Positions 1-14,722 are shown, numbered from the stretch's first letter. The stretch is 64,000 bases of DNA from an uncultured Acidimicrobiia bacterium (GCA_963786955.1 CAWBAT010000005.1:1120001-1184000); one strand, 5' to 3'. The notes: generated by a model from the sequence alone, not told the origin. Numbers and translations are program-made.

Positions 1-1213
1 GCAACGGGTCTTTGGATTGAATCTTCAAGGCGGCGTTGATCCCGGCGATCAATCCTTGACAGGCCGCTTCTTCATATCCAGTAGTCCCGTTGATTTGCCC
101 GGCATGGAATAACCCCTCGACCCGTTTGGTTTCAAGCGTCGGACACAGTTCCGTCGGTTCTACGAAGTCATATTCAATCGCATACCCGGGTCGAATGAAT
201 TCGGCATCCTCCAAACCAGAAATGGCCCGCACCAGCTTCATCTGAACATCCACGGGCATACTGGTCGAGAGTCCATTGAGATACACTTCGTTGGTGTGGA
301 GACCCTCCGGTTCGAGAAATAATTGGTGGCGGGACTTATCTGGAAATTTGACGACCTTGTCTTCAAACGAGGGACAATACCTTGGACCGATGCTGTTTAT
401 CTGGCCACTATAAAGCGGCGATCGCCCCATGTTATCCCGGATGATTTGGTGTACGGCGTCATCCGTATACGTAATATAACAGGAAATCTGCGGTTGAGTA
501 ATGGCCCGGGTCTTGAAGGAAAAGGGCGTTGGGCGTTCGTCTCCCCGTTGTTCTTCGAGTCGGCTGAAGTCAATACTCCGCTTGTCTAGCCGAGGCGGTG
601 TACCGGTTTTCATTCTCCCCCAACGAAAACCAATCGATTGGATCGAGTTCGCTAAGGCGATTGAGGGAGATTCTCCGCTCCTTCCTGCGGAATGGCGGTT
701 CTCTCCCACATGGATCAGGCCGTTCAGGAAAGTCCCTGTGGTCAGGATCACGGCTTGGGCTTGAATCCTGCGGCCGTCTCTAAATTCCACACCCTGCACA
801 GCCTTCTCATCTCTCAAAATAGCCACGGCTTCGGCCTGTTTTATCTTCAGACCTGGCTGGCTCTCCAAGACACGACGCATTTCTATCCGGTAGGCCTGCT
901 TGTCCGCTTGGGCGCGGGGAGACCAAACGGCAGGGCCGCGGCTGCTGTTTAGCAAACGAAATTGGATACCCACTTTATCGATGACTTCACCCATCACGCC
1001 ACCGAGAGCGTCAATTTCGCGAACCAGGTGGCCTTTGGCGATGCCTCCGATGGCCGGGTTACAGGACATCTGGGCAATAAGATCGATATTCATCGTAATG
1101 AGGGCAGTCTTCATCCCCATCTTAGCTGATGCAAGGGCTGCCTCGCATCCTGCGTGGCCGGCTCCAACAACAACTACGTCGAAATGGTCATCAAAGTCTG
1201 TTCGCAAAATCAT
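1..1213 (-). CDS. mnmG: tRNA uridine-5-carboxymethylaminomethyl synthesis enzyme MnmG (GidA), 3' end beyond window
   Basis: Not in the ORF track. Translated by eye: [26 protein letters not shown] at the N-terminus and [23 protein letters not shown] near position 1. Lies directly after mnmE. Confidence 0.95.
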   Translation of the reverse strand, partial: MILRTDFDDHFDVVVVGAGHAGCEAALASAKMGMKTALITMNIDLIAQMSCNPAIGGIAKGHLVREIDALGGVMGEVIDKVGIQFRLLNSSRGPAVWSPRAQADKQAYRIEMRRVLESQPGLKIKQAEAVAILRDEKAVQGVEFRDGRRIQAQAVILTTGTFLNGLIHVGENRHSAGRSGESPSIALANSIQSIGFRWGRMKTGTPPRLDKRSIDFSRLEEQRGDERPTPFSFKTRAITQPQISCYITYTDDAVHQIIRDNMGRSPLYSGQINSIGPRYCPSFEDKVVKFPDKSRHQLFLEPEGLHTNEVYLNGLSTSMPVDVQMKLVRAISGLEDAEFIRPGYAIEYDFVEPTELCPTLETKRVEGLFHAGQINGTTGYEEAACQGLIAGINAALKIQSKDPL

Positions 1214-1228
1214 GGTTCCAGTAAGATT

Positions 1229-2605
1229 TCATTTTCCAATACAAAAAGTCGAAAAGATGTTTTCCAAAATATCCTCAACCGTCGTCTCGCCAGTCAAGGC
1301 ATTTAAAGCTTTCAGAGCCGCATAAAGGTCTAAGAGCACGATTTCATGAGGCAGTTCCTGGCTGGCTGAAGAAGAGCTTCTGGCCAGCGCCTCGAGTGCT
1401 TCTTGGACCAGGTGCTCATGCCGTATATTGGTGACAAGCCCTTCTTCTACCTCAAAGCCGCCGTGACTGCCCGAGAAATCTGAAAAAAGCGCCTCTTTCA
1501 GTGATTCCACCCCTTCACGGGTCTTAGCCGAGACCCGGCAGGTCAATTTAGGCCGTGCCGGGATAGAAACTGGATCCAGTCTTTGAGCTAAGTCGGCCTT
1601 GTTGATAATCAGAAAGTAGGGGATTCCCGCAAGTTGCTCGACCAGTTTAAGGTCTTGCTCCCCCATCGTTTCTGATCCATCAACCACAAGGAGGATGCAG
1701 TCCGCATCCGCAATCGCCTCCCAGGACTTGTTAATTCCGATTCGTTCGACCTTGTCCACAACCTCTCGAATACCCGCTGTATCCAGGAACCGAACCGGAA
1801 TCCCACGGATCTGGCTGGTCTCAGAGATCAAGTCCCTGGTCGTCCCTGGAATGTCCGTTACAATCGCCCGGTCTTCATCGAGGAGAGCATTGAAGAGACT
1901 CGATTTGCCTACATTTGGACGGCCAATGATGGCAATACTCAGTCCCGTTCCGATAATCTTACCAAATTTGAAACTGTTGTGCAGTTGGCCCAGGCTTTCC
2001 TGAAGTCTGGTCAACTCGGTCACGATCTTATTCCAGGGCAGGATCGAGACATCATCATCGGCAAAGTCAATTCCCGCTTCGAGGAGAGAGATCAGCCGGA
2101 TCAGTTGCTCTTTATCCGGTTTGAGCCGTCGCGAGAGCGACCCCATCACTTGCTGCTGGGCAATCTTGGCCTGAAAGAGGGTTTGAGCTTCGATCAGATC
2201 CCGTACCGCCTCTGCTTGGACGAGATCGATCGCTCCATTTAAGAAAGCCCGGAGAGTAAATTCTCCAGGGCGTGCCAGCCGCGCCCCTGATTCGAGAATG
2301 GCACCCAGGATCGCTTTGAGAAGCACCGGGCTGCCATGACAACTGATCTCGATGACGTCTTCACGCGTGTAGGAACGGGGTGCCTGGAAATAGGTGACAA
2401 CGACCTGATCGAGAATCTGCTGAGTCGCTGGGTGGAAGATGTTTCCGACGAGCGGTGAACGGTCCTGCAAAGTCTTGCTTCCCGATCGAAAAAGCTTGCC
2501 CATCAGGTTGAGAGACTCCTTGCCACTGAGCCGAATCACCCCAATTCCGCTCTTCCCGAGAGGAGTCGAAAGGGCAACCATTGTTTCTTCCAGCTGAGAA
2601 TGCAT
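1229..2605 (-). CDS. mnmE: tRNA modification GTPase MnmE (TrmE)
   Basis: GRPNVGKSSL P-loop, IVTDIPGTTRD, DTAG and C-terminal FCIGK. Confidence 0.97.
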   Translation of the reverse strand: MHSQLEETMVALSTPLGKSGIGVIRLSGKESLNLMGKLFRSGSKTLQDRSPLVGNIFHPATQQILDQVVVTYFQAPRSYTREDVIEISCHGSPVLLKAILGAILESGARLARPGEFTLRAFLNGAIDLVQAEAVRDLIEAQTLFQAKIAQQQVMGSLSRRLKPDKEQLIRLISLLEAGIDFADDDVSILPWNKIVTELTRLQESLGQLHNSFKFGKIIGTGLSIAIIGRPNVGKSSLFNALLDEDRAIVTDIPGTTRDLISETSQIRGIPVRFLDTAGIREVVDKVERIGINKSWEAIADADCILLVVDGSETMGEQDLKLVEQLAGIPYFLIINKADLAQRLDPVSIPARPKLTCRVSAKTREGVESLKEALFSDFSGSHGGFEVEEGLVTNIRHEHLVQEALEALARSSSSASQELPHEIVLLDLYAALKALNALTGETTVEDILENIFSTFCIGK

Positions 2606-2611
2606 TGTCGG

Positions 2612-3037
2612 TTAACACGGGTAGATCACGACCTGGCGTTTTGCTCCCAATCCTTCACTTTCCGTTCTTACTTCCTTGTCCTCCGCAACCGCCAAGTGAA
2701 GGATGCGTCTCTCATCCGGTTCCATTGGGTTGAACTTAAAGGCTCTGCCGGTTTGCTTGACGTTGTCGGCGGCCGTCAAAGCCATCAATCGCAACTCTTC
2801 AGCTCGATTAGCTCGATACCCGTTAGAATCTAAGAAGAACTTGCGGCCACTTTTCTCAAAGATTCGATTGATCAGATACTCTAAAGCTTTCAAGGCTTCA
2901 GCATTTCTAGCTAAAAGTATCGATGCGTCTCTTCCTTTCAGCTCAATTTGGTCATATTCTGCTCCCGAATCGACCGTGTAAGATAAGTCAAACATCGAGA
3001 TCCGGATGAACATTTTGAGGAATTCTTCAACCGTCAT
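2612..3037 (-). CDS. jag: Short Jag/KhpB-like RNA-binding protein (KH-like + R3H)
   Basis: R3H motif ERRILH..ESEGLGAKRQVVI; conserved position between yidC and mnmE. Confidence 0.8.
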   Translation of the reverse strand: MTVEEFLKMFIRISMFDLSYTVDSGAEYDQIELKGRDASILLARNAEALKALEYLINRIFEKSGRKFFLDSNGYRANRAEELRLMALTAADNVKQTGRAFKFNPMEPDERRILHLAVAEDKEVRTESEGLGAKRQVVIYPC

Positions 3038-3078
3038 AGCTAGATAGGCTCTCCCTTCAATACCCTGGTCTTTTCAAA

Positions 3079-4749
3079 TCATTTCTTCTTCGATTTCCTC
3101 TGCGAGCTGTTGGCCGACGCATTGGGCCCAAACTTGTTTAAGAAGTATTGCTGCCCGATCCCTACGACATTGCTTGTCAGCCAGTAGAGAACCAAGCCGC
3201 TCGAAGTAAATGCCAGCATGAATCCAAAGAAAACCGGCATCGCAAGCATCATCTTGGCTTGAACCGGATCTGCCGATGGCGTTGGCGTCATTTTTTGCAT
3301 GACGACCATAGATAAGGTCATCAGGATGGGCAAGACGTATGTGTGGTCCGCAGCCGAAAGGTCGGTGATCCAGAGCATGAAGGGCGCATGCCGCAACTCA
3401 ATGGCCACCGAAAGCAAGTTATAAAAGGCGATGAAGAATGGCATTTGTAGCAAAAGGGGCAGGCATCCTCCTAATGGGTTGACTCCATGCTCCTTATAAA
3501 GCGCCATCACCTCAGCATTCATCTTCTGACGTTTGGGATCGGTAGGTTTCAACTTTTTATAAGACTCTTGAATCGCCTTCATCTGAGGTTGCAGCTTCTG
3601 CATTTTTCCGGCAGAAACAATGGATTTATACTTGAGCGGAAATAGTGCAATATTGATAAATATCGTAAGAAGAATGATCGCAACCCCGTAGTTTCTCACA
3701 TAAGAATGAATCCATTTAAGCACAAGGAAGAGGGGCTCGCAAACCACTCTAAACCATCCATAATCAATAACTTCAGTCAGGTATGGCCCCGTTTTCTTCA
3801 GGACCTCTGTGTCCTTAGGCCCTACAAACAAGCGAACTTCTTGACCCTCTGCCGGAATTGCAAAAGCGGAACTACTCAGGAGCTTCTCTTTCTTGCCGTC
3901 CGCCAGGACATTCTCGTCGGCAGCGAAATGGATGCGGTGCAGCATGTCGTTCTTTGGCGGCAGAAAGAGGGCCGCGAAATACGTGTCTTCAAGACCGGCA
4001 AAGTCAAAGGCACCAGAGAACTCCAATCCGGCACCCATGTCGCCCTCTTTAAGCCGCTTCACCTTTCCATCCGTCCGATAAACGCCCCGGCGAACCGTCA
4101 TTCTTGCATCCACCGTAGTGTCCCCGAATCCGGAATACCACCCTAAGAAATAAGAGGCCGGACGCCCTTGAACCCAAACTTGGCAATCGACGCTGACGAC
4201 ATAGCTACCAGGAACAAATGTCAGCTTTTTGATTACCCGTAGGGTTTCATCCGCATATTCAAGAGTCACAGATTGAGCACCACCTGCTGGTCCTGTAAGA
4301 TCAACCCGGTCCGGTGCATTTACAACAAATATCATATTTTTCAATGCCTTAGATACTTCCTCTTCTTTGTCGATCCGCAAGGCAAGCGGGTAACCGAAAG
4401 CTTGAGCTTTTCTTCCATCGACAACATCAAGTAACTTCCCGTTATTGTCTGTGTACCGTTTGAGCACCCAATTTAGGACGACCGCTTCTTTATTGGAAAG
4501 AGTCAAATGGTACAAATCCGTTTCTACCGAAATTCGTTTTTCAGAGACTCCCTTCTTGAGGTCATTTGAGCTGCTCGCTAGACTCACGGGCGCTGGAGCT
4601 GGGGTCTTGGCCTGGGGAGAGGCCTGTTTTTGTTCCGCAGTTTTGCCTTCGGGCGTCGTCACGGGAGCTCTTTGAGGTTCCCAATAAGGTCTTGTCAACA
4701 TGATCACCAGGAATGAAAGGGCGAGGGCTAGAAGTAATCGTCTCTCCAT
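3079..4749 (-). CDS. yidC: Membrane protein insertase YidC
   Basis: IDYGWF, NPLGGCLPLLLQMPFF and GLVLYW motifs; N-terminal TM segment plus periplasmic domain. Confidence 0.97.
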   Translation of the reverse strand: MERRLLLALALSFLVIMLTRPYWEPQRAPVTTPEGKTAEQKQASPQAKTPAPAPVSLASSSNDLKKGVSEKRISVETDLYHLTLSNKEAVVLNWVLKRYTDNNGKLLDVVDGRKAQAFGYPLALRIDKEEEVSKALKNMIFVVNAPDRVDLTGPAGGAQSVTLEYADETLRVIKKLTFVPGSYVVSVDCQVWVQGRPASYFLGWYSGFGDTTVDARMTVRRGVYRTDGKVKRLKEGDMGAGLEFSGAFDFAGLEDTYFAALFLPPKNDMLHRIHFAADENVLADGKKEKLLSSSAFAIPAEGQEVRLFVGPKDTEVLKKTGPYLTEVIDYGWFRVVCEPLFLVLKWIHSYVRNYGVAIILLTIFINIALFPLKYKSIVSAGKMQKLQPQMKAIQESYKKLKPTDPKRQKMNAEVMALYKEHGVNPLGGCLPLLLQMPFFIAFYNLLSVAIELRHAPFMLWITDLSAADHTYVLPILMTLSMVVMQKMTPTPSADPVQAKMMLAMPVFFGFMLAFTSSGLVLYWLTSNVVGIGQQYFLNKFGPNASANSSQRKSKKK

Positions 4750-4770
4750 AATTTAATGATCCCCCTAGGG

Positions 4771-4989
4771 CTACTGCAGTGGGTCGTAACCTCCTTCATG
4801 AAATGGATGGCATTTCCCTAAACGTCGGGCCGTCAAAGCAATGCCATGAAAAACCCCATATCTAGAGATCGCTTGGAAGGCATAATCGGAACAGGTCGGC
4901 AAAAATCTACACGAAAAGGGCAGAAATGGTGAGATGTAAGATTTGTAGAAGGCGAGACCCCAGAGGAAGGTCTTCTTTAAGGGTTCCAA
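4771..4989 (-). CDS. yidD: Membrane protein insertion efficiency factor YidD
   Basis: [23 protein letters not shown]; synteny. Confidence 0.93.
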   Translation of the reverse strand: MEPLKKTFLWGLAFYKSYISPFLPFSCRFLPTCSDYAFQAISRYGVFHGIALTARRLGKCHPFHEGGYDPLQ

Positions 4990-5369
4990 TTTCTTCTCAA
5001 TGGCTTGAGTAATAGCATTAACTCATCTTGGACGCGGCCGCCGCTAAGTTCCTTTGAAGACGTGCGCACCTGGATAACCAGGTCGAGCCCTTCGGGGAGA
5101 TCTTCCTTGTGGGTCCGGAACGCCTCCCGAATCCATCGCTTAAGCAAATTTCTTTGCACCGCCTTACCCACGCGCTTACTGATGGAAATGCCGACACGTG
5201 AAATTAAAGACCCATTTTCACAAGAATGAATCTGGAAATGCCGACCTCTGCGTACCTTTCCTGTCTTGTAGACCCGAAGGTAGTCTTTCGACTTTAGGAG
5301 CCGGACAGACTTTGGAAAGGAATGATCGGCACTCCTGTCATGGGATAAGACGTTTACGCCCTTTGTCAC
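4977..5369 (-). CDS. rnpA: Ribonuclease P protein component
   Basis: [34 protein letters not shown] (RNR-like motif); synteny. Start uncertain. Confidence 0.93.
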   Translation of the reverse strand: MTKGVNVLSHDRSADHSFPKSVRLLKSKDYLRVYKTGKVRRGRHFQIHSCENGSLISRVGISISKRVGKAVQRNLLKRWIREAFRTHKEDLPEGLDLVIQVRTSSKELSGGRVQDELMLLLKPLRRNWNP

Positions 5370-5472
5370 GGCGACGTTTCAAGACCAGTCTTCCAGCTTT
5401 TGTGCTCATTCGGCTGCGAAACCCATGGGTCTTCGCTCTTTTTCTATTATTGGGCCGAAAGGTTGGTTGCAT
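5338..5472 (-). CDS. rpmH: 50S ribosomal protein L34
   Basis: Below the ORF-track size cutoff; translated [44 protein letters not shown]. Confidence 0.97.
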   Translation of the reverse strand: MQPTFRPNNRKRAKTHGFRSRMSTKAGRLVLKRRRDKGRKRLIP

Positions 5473-5555
5473 GGCAGCTCCTGCGATAAATGAATACGGG
5501 CAACTTCATTGGGGCAGCGGTTCAACACGCTAATCCCTTAATTCTGCAAATGGTC

Positions 5556-5585
5556 TTTATAACACAGCGTTTTTTAGAGTGTCAA
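5556..5585 (-). promoter_or_regulatory. sigma70-type promoter for the rpmH operon
   Basis: TTGACA-18 nt-TATAAA with extended -10 TG on the minus strand. Confidence 0.65.
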
Positions 5586-5590
5586 TTCAT

Positions 5591-5620
5591 TTGAATCACT
5601 ACCGATGCCTATGCTATATT
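5591..5620 (+). promoter_or_regulatory. sigma70-type promoter for dnaA
   Basis: TTGAAT-18 nt-TATATT with TG extension, back-to-back with the rpmH promoter. Confidence 0.55.
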
Positions 5621-5768
5621 TACCTGCTCAATTATAGAGTCGTAATTCAACCATCATCCATTGCCAATTCGGTGGATGTTATTCGCCATTTCTCACCCAT
5701 AATTTAACGGCCCTAAGATCCCAGACTCAGAGACCAGGGTTCATTTTAGTCATTATTATGTTGCCGTC

Positions 5769-7094
5769 ATGAATGCCTGGCAAAGAATTCTCGAATTCAT
5801 TGAAGTTCGGATCAGTAAACAAAATTTTGCGACTTGGTTTAAACCGACCCAGTTTCAGCAGCTCGATGAGAGTAATCAGCTGATTGTCACGGTCCCCAAT
5901 CAAGTTTTTGAGGATTGGCTCACCTCAACTTACTCCGGCCTTATCGACGAAGCAATTCGAGGAACCGGGCTACAAGATTTAAAGATAACTTTTCGTGCGC
6001 TGCCCCTGTCGCCCTCCAAAGTAGAGGGTGCTTCCCCGGCCCCACCTATTCAAAAGACGCTTGATTTTGATTCCGTCGACTATCTGCTCAACCCTAAATA
6101 TACTTTTGAGCGTTTTGTTGTCGGCTCCTCCAATCAATTTGCTCATGCCGCCTCTCTTGCGGTCGCAGAGTCCCCAGCCAGAATCTACAATCCACTTTTC
6201 ATTTGTGGCGGTGTGGGACTGGGAAAGACTCATCTCATGCAGGCCGTAGGTCACCGTATCAAGGCGCTGGATCGAAGAGTCCGTTTGAGCTATGTCTCAT
6301 CCGAGAAATTCACCAATGAGGTCATCAATGCGATCCGCTATGACCGTACTCTGGCATTGCGGGAGAAGTATCGCAATGTCGATATTCTTCTCATCGACGA
6401 CATTCAATTCATTTCTGGAAAGCAAGCGACACAGGAGGAGTTTTTTCATACTTTCAACGACCTTTATGATGCGCAAAAGCAAATTGTCCTTTCCAGTGAC
6501 TCCCTCCCAAAGGAAATTCCTGATATCCAAGAACGGTTACAGTCCCGCTTTGAATCGGGTCTCATAGCCGATATCCAGCCGCCCGATTTAGAAACCAAGG
6601 TGGCAATCCTGAAAAAGAAAGCAGAGTTTGAGAATTTTAATATACCCGACAACGTGGCGTTTTACATTGCAAGCAAAATAAAATCCAATATCCGCGAATT
6701 AGAAGGGTCCCTGTTACGACTCATGGCGTTTAGTTCATTGCGAGATGAAAAAGTTACGTTGGGGATGGCACAAGAAGTTCTCAAGCATATTCTCAAATCC
6801 CAGGAAAAACACATCTCGATTGAACAAATCCAAAAGCTTGTAGCGGATTATTTTGACTTAAAGGTCAGTGAACTCAAGTCCAAAAACAATTCCAAAGCAA
6901 TCGCTCAGCCGCGACAAATTGGAATGTACCTATGCCGTCAATTGACTGACGCCTCCTTACCAGAAATTGGGCGAGAATTTGGCGGGAAACATCACACCAC
7001 GGTTCTGCACTCGATTAAAAAAGTTGGGGAGAAAATGGGCGTTAACAGGGAATTCAACAGTTTGATCAGTAAACTCAATGATTCCTTTCAATGA
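5769..7094 (+). CDS. dnaA: Chromosomal replication initiator DnaA
   Basis: YNPLFICGGVGLGKTHL, LLIDDIQF, NIRELEG and GGKHHTTVLH. Confidence 0.98.
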   Translation: MNAWQRILEFIEVRISKQNFATWFKPTQFQQLDESNQLIVTVPNQVFEDWLTSTYSGLIDEAIRGTGLQDLKITFRALPLSPSKVEGASPAPPIQKTLDFDSVDYLLNPKYTFERFVVGSSNQFAHAASLAVAESPARIYNPLFICGGVGLGKTHLMQAVGHRIKALDRRVRLSYVSSEKFTNEVINAIRYDRTLALREKYRNVDILLIDDIQFISGKQATQEEFFHTFNDLYDAQKQIVLSSDSLPKEIPDIQERLQSRFESGLIADIQPPDLETKVAILKKKAEFENFNIPDNVAFYIASKIKSNIRELEGSLLRLMAFSSLRDEKVTLGMAQEVLKHILKSQEKHISIEQIQKLVADYFDLKVSELKSKNNSKAIAQPRQIGMYLCRQLTDASLPEIGREFGGKHHTTVLHSIKKVGEKMGVNREFNSLISKLNDSFQ

Positions 7095-7328
7095 GTTAAG
7101 ATTTTTTCCACAGCGTCTTAGGAATTGCGTTTACGTTGTACTGTGGATAAAATACCCCTGTACTGTGTTTCCTCAATCGGAGGGGTATTTTGCACTTGGT
7201 GAATAAACAATCTCCCACAGGGTTTCGAATTCAATCCGAAGAAGTTACTTTAGTTTTCCACAATTTTGAGGTGGTGACTACTATTACTAAGTAACTTACT
7301 ATTTAAGTTAGTATAAAAGGATTAGTCG
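7095..7328. other. Replication origin oriC (dnaA-dnaN intergenic)
   Basis: DnaA boxes TTTTCCACA 7104-7112, TGTGGATAA 7142-7150 (perfect) and TTTTCCACA 7254-7262, with weaker ones near 7198 and 7211. Followed by trio-like CTACTATTACTA and an AT-rich stretch to ~7320. Confidence 0.88.
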
Positions 7329-8441
7329 ATGGAATTCACTGTTCGAAAATACGATATCTTACGCGAGATTGGTTTAACTCAGGGAGTTGTCGAAAAGAAG
7401 AATACAATTCCTATCTTGGCAAATGTTTTGATTGATGCGGATGGGGATCGAATCCAGATTTCAGCTACTGACCTGGAATTGGGAATTAAGTGTACCTGTC
7501 CAGCCAAGATCAAAAAAGCCGGATCGATTACCACACCTGCAAAGAATTTCTTGGATATCATTCGTGCCCTGCCCGATGATGATATTAAGGTTAAGTCTCT
7601 GGAAAATAATTGGGTCCAAATTAACTGTGCCTCTGCAAGTTTTAAGATTGTCGGCTTACCCAAAGATAATTTCCCAAACTTGCCCGAATCCTCTAAACCC
7701 GTCGTCGATTTACCTTCCAAGATCTTGTTAAATATTATTAATAAGACTGTTTTTGCAATTGCTACCGAAGAATCCCGTTATACCTTCAATGGTGCCCTCT
7801 TGCTCTTACGACCGCTCAGCGTCACGATGGTGACTACAGATGGGCACCGGTTGGCACATATTGAGACTCAGGTTCGTTTCGAGCACTTGACTAGTGAAAT
7901 GAGGACCTTGATCCCTAAGAAGGCTTTGGCAGAACTTCAGCGCTTGCTTTCCGAAGCCGAGGAGCAAGATGTGGTCAGTTTTAGTAAAGATGAAACCCAT
8001 CTTTTCTTTAGGCTTAAGAACCGGTTGATGATTTCGAGAATGTTAACGGGACAATTTCCAAATTACGAAGCGGTCCTGCCGAAAGAAAATAGCCGGGTAG
8101 TGGTCTTGGAGAGAGAAAGACTGGGAGCGGCCATTAAGCGGGTTGCTCTGCTGGCTGATGATAAATCCCGATCGATTAAAATATGTTTAGATAAAAACCA
8201 GATGGAGATTTCAGCTGCCAATGCGGAGTTAGGCGAGGCCAAAGAGTCTCTGGAAGCTACCTATAGTGGCCATCCCGTCCAAATCGGCTTTAATTGTCAG
8301 TACTTGCTGGACTTTATTGCGGCCACCGAAGATGAAAAAATCAGCTTTGAATTCAAAGACGATCAAAGCGCCGGTCAGCTGAGGCCAGCCAATGAAGAAG
8401 AGTGCCGATACCGATACATTGTGATGCCGATGAGACTCTAA
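7329..8441 (+). CDS. dnaN: DNA polymerase III beta sliding clamp
   Basis: IPILANVLI, ATDLE, TDGHRL, GQFPNY and YIVMPMRL. Confidence 0.98.
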   Translation: MEFTVRKYDILREIGLTQGVVEKKNTIPILANVLIDADGDRIQISATDLELGIKCTCPAKIKKAGSITTPAKNFLDIIRALPDDDIKVKSLENNWVQINCASASFKIVGLPKDNFPNLPESSKPVVDLPSKILLNIINKTVFAIATEESRYTFNGALLLLRPLSVTMVTTDGHRLAHIETQVRFEHLTSEMRTLIPKKALAELQRLLSEAEEQDVVSFSKDETHLFFRLKNRLMISRMLTGQFPNYEAVLPKENSRVVVLERERLGAAIKRVALLADDKSRSIKICLDKNQMEISAANAELGEAKESLEATYSGHPVQIGFNCQYLLDFIAATEDEKISFEFKDDQSAGQLRPANEEECRYRYIVMPMRL

Positions 8442-8494
8442 TTCGCACTGGAATCCTACCTCGTCCAGATCCGTTCGTTTACCCTTCTTCCGGA

Positions 8495-12132
<3,638 letters not shown>

Positions 12133-12175
12133 GCTCTCAGCATGGGGCGTCACACTCTAAATCAAAAGGAAGCGC

Positions 12176-14645
12176 ATGGAAGGCCAACTCCCTCTTAACA
12201 CCACCCCAGTCAACATCGAAGATGAGATGAAGCGGTCGTACATTGATTACGCCATGAGCGTCATCATCGGGCGTGCGCTCCCGGACGTGCGGGACGGGTT
12301 AAAACCGGTTCATCGACGCATTCTGTATGGGATGCAGGAGATGGGGCTGGGTTCTAACAAGCCTTACCGAAAGTGTGCCAAAATTGTCGGCGAGGTCATG
12401 GGGAATTTTCATCCTCACGGGGACAGCGCGATCTACGACACCCTGGTTCGCATGGCGCAGGATTTCTCGATGCGCTATCCGCAGATCGATGGCCAGGGTA
12501 ACTTTGGGTCGATTGATGGGGATCCGCCAGCGGCCATGCGTTACACCGAAGCCCGGCTGGCTCGAATCGCCCACGAAATGCTGGCCGACATCGATAAGGA
12601 AACGGTTGATTTCACACCCAACTATGACGAAAGTCAGCAGGAACCCCTTTACCTGCCAGCCCAGATTCCAAACCTACTCGTGAATGGATCCTCGGGTATT
12701 GCCGTTGGCATGGCCACCAACATCCCCCCGCACAATCTCAACGAAGTTATTCACGCGGTGATTCACTTCATCAGCAATCCAGAATCAACGGTGCAGGACC
12801 TCATGCAATTTGTGCAAGGCCCGGACTTCCCCACCGGAGGCTTTATCTATGGGCGAGCGGGAATTCTCCAAGCCTTTACGACAGGTCGCGGGAGCATTGT
12901 GATGCGCGCCCGTGCCGCCATCGAAAAACAGGCTCGCGGGGATAAGGAAATGATCGTCGTGACCGAAATTCCTTATCAGGTCAATAAGGCCAAGCTGATC
13001 GAGCGCATTGCAGAACTTGTTCAGGAAAAGAAAATTGAAGGAATTACCGACCTTCGTGATGAAAGCGATCGGGACGGAATGCGGATTGTCATCGAGTTGC
13101 GCCGGGGCGAACAGCCCGAAGTCATCTTGAACAACCTCTACAAGCAGACCGCGATGCAATCCAGCTTCGGGGTCATCACCCTGGCCATCGTGAATGGACA
13201 ACCACGGGTTTTGAATCTGGTCGAGGTGATTAAATATTTTGTCGAGCATCGTATTGATGTCGTCCGGCGACGAACCCTCTACGAGCTGCGCAAGGCAGAG
13301 GAGAGGGGCTCATATCCTGGAAGGGCTCAAAAAAGCTCTGGACAAGATCGAGGCCGTGATCAAGTTGATTCGTGCCTCCAAATCTCCCCAGGAAGCGCGC
13401 GAAGGCCTGATCCGCCAGTTTGAACTGAGCCAAGTTCAGGCCCAGGCCATTCTCGATATGCAATTGCAGCGGCTCACCGGCATGGAGCGGGAAAAGATCC
13501 TGGAAGAGCTGGAAAATCTAATGAGGCGAATTGCCGAACTGAAAGAGATTCTAGCCAGTGAGAAAATGCTCAAAAGCGTGGTAGTTAAAGAACTGAAAGA
13601 AGTGCAGAAAGAATACGGGGATGAACGGCGGACAGAGATTGTGGATGAACACGCGGAAATCAAACTTGAAGATCTCATCACCATGGAGGATGTCGTCGTT
13701 ACGGTAACCCACACCGGCTATTTGAAACGAACGCCAGTCAAAGATTACCGAATGCAACACCGCGGCGGAAAAGGGCGGATCGGTATGAAAACGCGGGAAG
13801 AAGATTTTGTGGAACACATGTTTGTGGCCTCCACGCACAACTATTTGCTGATCTTCACCAACCAAGGTAAGGTGCACTGGCTCAAGGTTTATGAGATCCC
13901 GGACGTCGGCACAACGGGGAAGGGAAAAGCGATCAACAACCTGGTGAATCTGGCTCCCGACGAAATGATGCGGACAGTACTTCCGGTGACCGAATTTGCG
14001 GAAGATCGGTTCGTCATGTTTGCTACTCGCCAAGGAGTGGTCAAGAAAACCCGTCTCGACGCTTTCAGTAATCCAATGGCTCGTGGGATCATGGCGATCT
14101 CCATCGATGAAAACGACGAGCTCATCGCAGTGGAGTTAACCACGGGCAAAGATCAAATATTTCTCGGGACGCACGAGGGGAAGAGCATTCGCTTTCATGA
14201 AGAGGATGTGCGGGACATGGGGCGCCAGGCTCGCGGTGTCAAAGGGATTGAGCTGGGAAAGAAGGATTATCTCGTGGGCATGACGGTGGGCGGGGACGAA
14301 GGCCTCATTCTTTCAGTGACGGAAAATGGATTCGGAAAACGAACTCAGATCAGTGCGTATCGGGCTCAGACCCGGGGTGGCAAAGGTGTGATCAATGTCA
14401 AGACCACCGCGAAGAACGGTCGTGTCGTGGCGATCATGAAGGTGGATGACGAATCAGAACTCATTATCATTACCGCCCAAGGGAAAGTGATTCGCCTTGA
14501 GGCGGGGCCCATCCGAGCTGCCGGGAGAAGTACGCAGGGAGTCAAACTGATTGACCTGGGAGGAGAGGATAAAGTCACGGCGGTTTCGTTGATTACCAGT
14601 CAAACCGAACACCTTCTCGACAGTGGCCCCCCCACGATTCACTAA
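12176..14645 (+). CDS. gyrA: DNA gyrase subunit A, split into two frames by one extra G at 13305-13308
   Basis: [13 protein letters not shown] and AAMRYTE in ORF 12176-13423; AHILEGL, GyrA-box QHRGGKG and pinwheel repeats in ORF 13239-14645. Removing one G restores KAEERAHILEG. Confidence 0.93.
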
Positions 14646-14722
14646 GTAGTGCTATTCACAAATACGGTGACGTTATCTTATGATAGGCGCCGGGTGAGGT
14701 TGGGGCTATGAGAAGGCCCTAA

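Noticed and set aside
323-1325. Plus-strand ORFs here and the many short antisense/overlapping ORFs elsewhere (e.g. 18948-19817, 44475-45176, 50429-51013)
   Set aside because: Shadow frames of well-supported genes, with no recognisable motifs.
12176-14645. Naturally split gyrA or parC
   Set aside because: The GyrA-box is present and a single-base deletion restores a canonical continuous GyrA; the second ORF has no convincing independent start.
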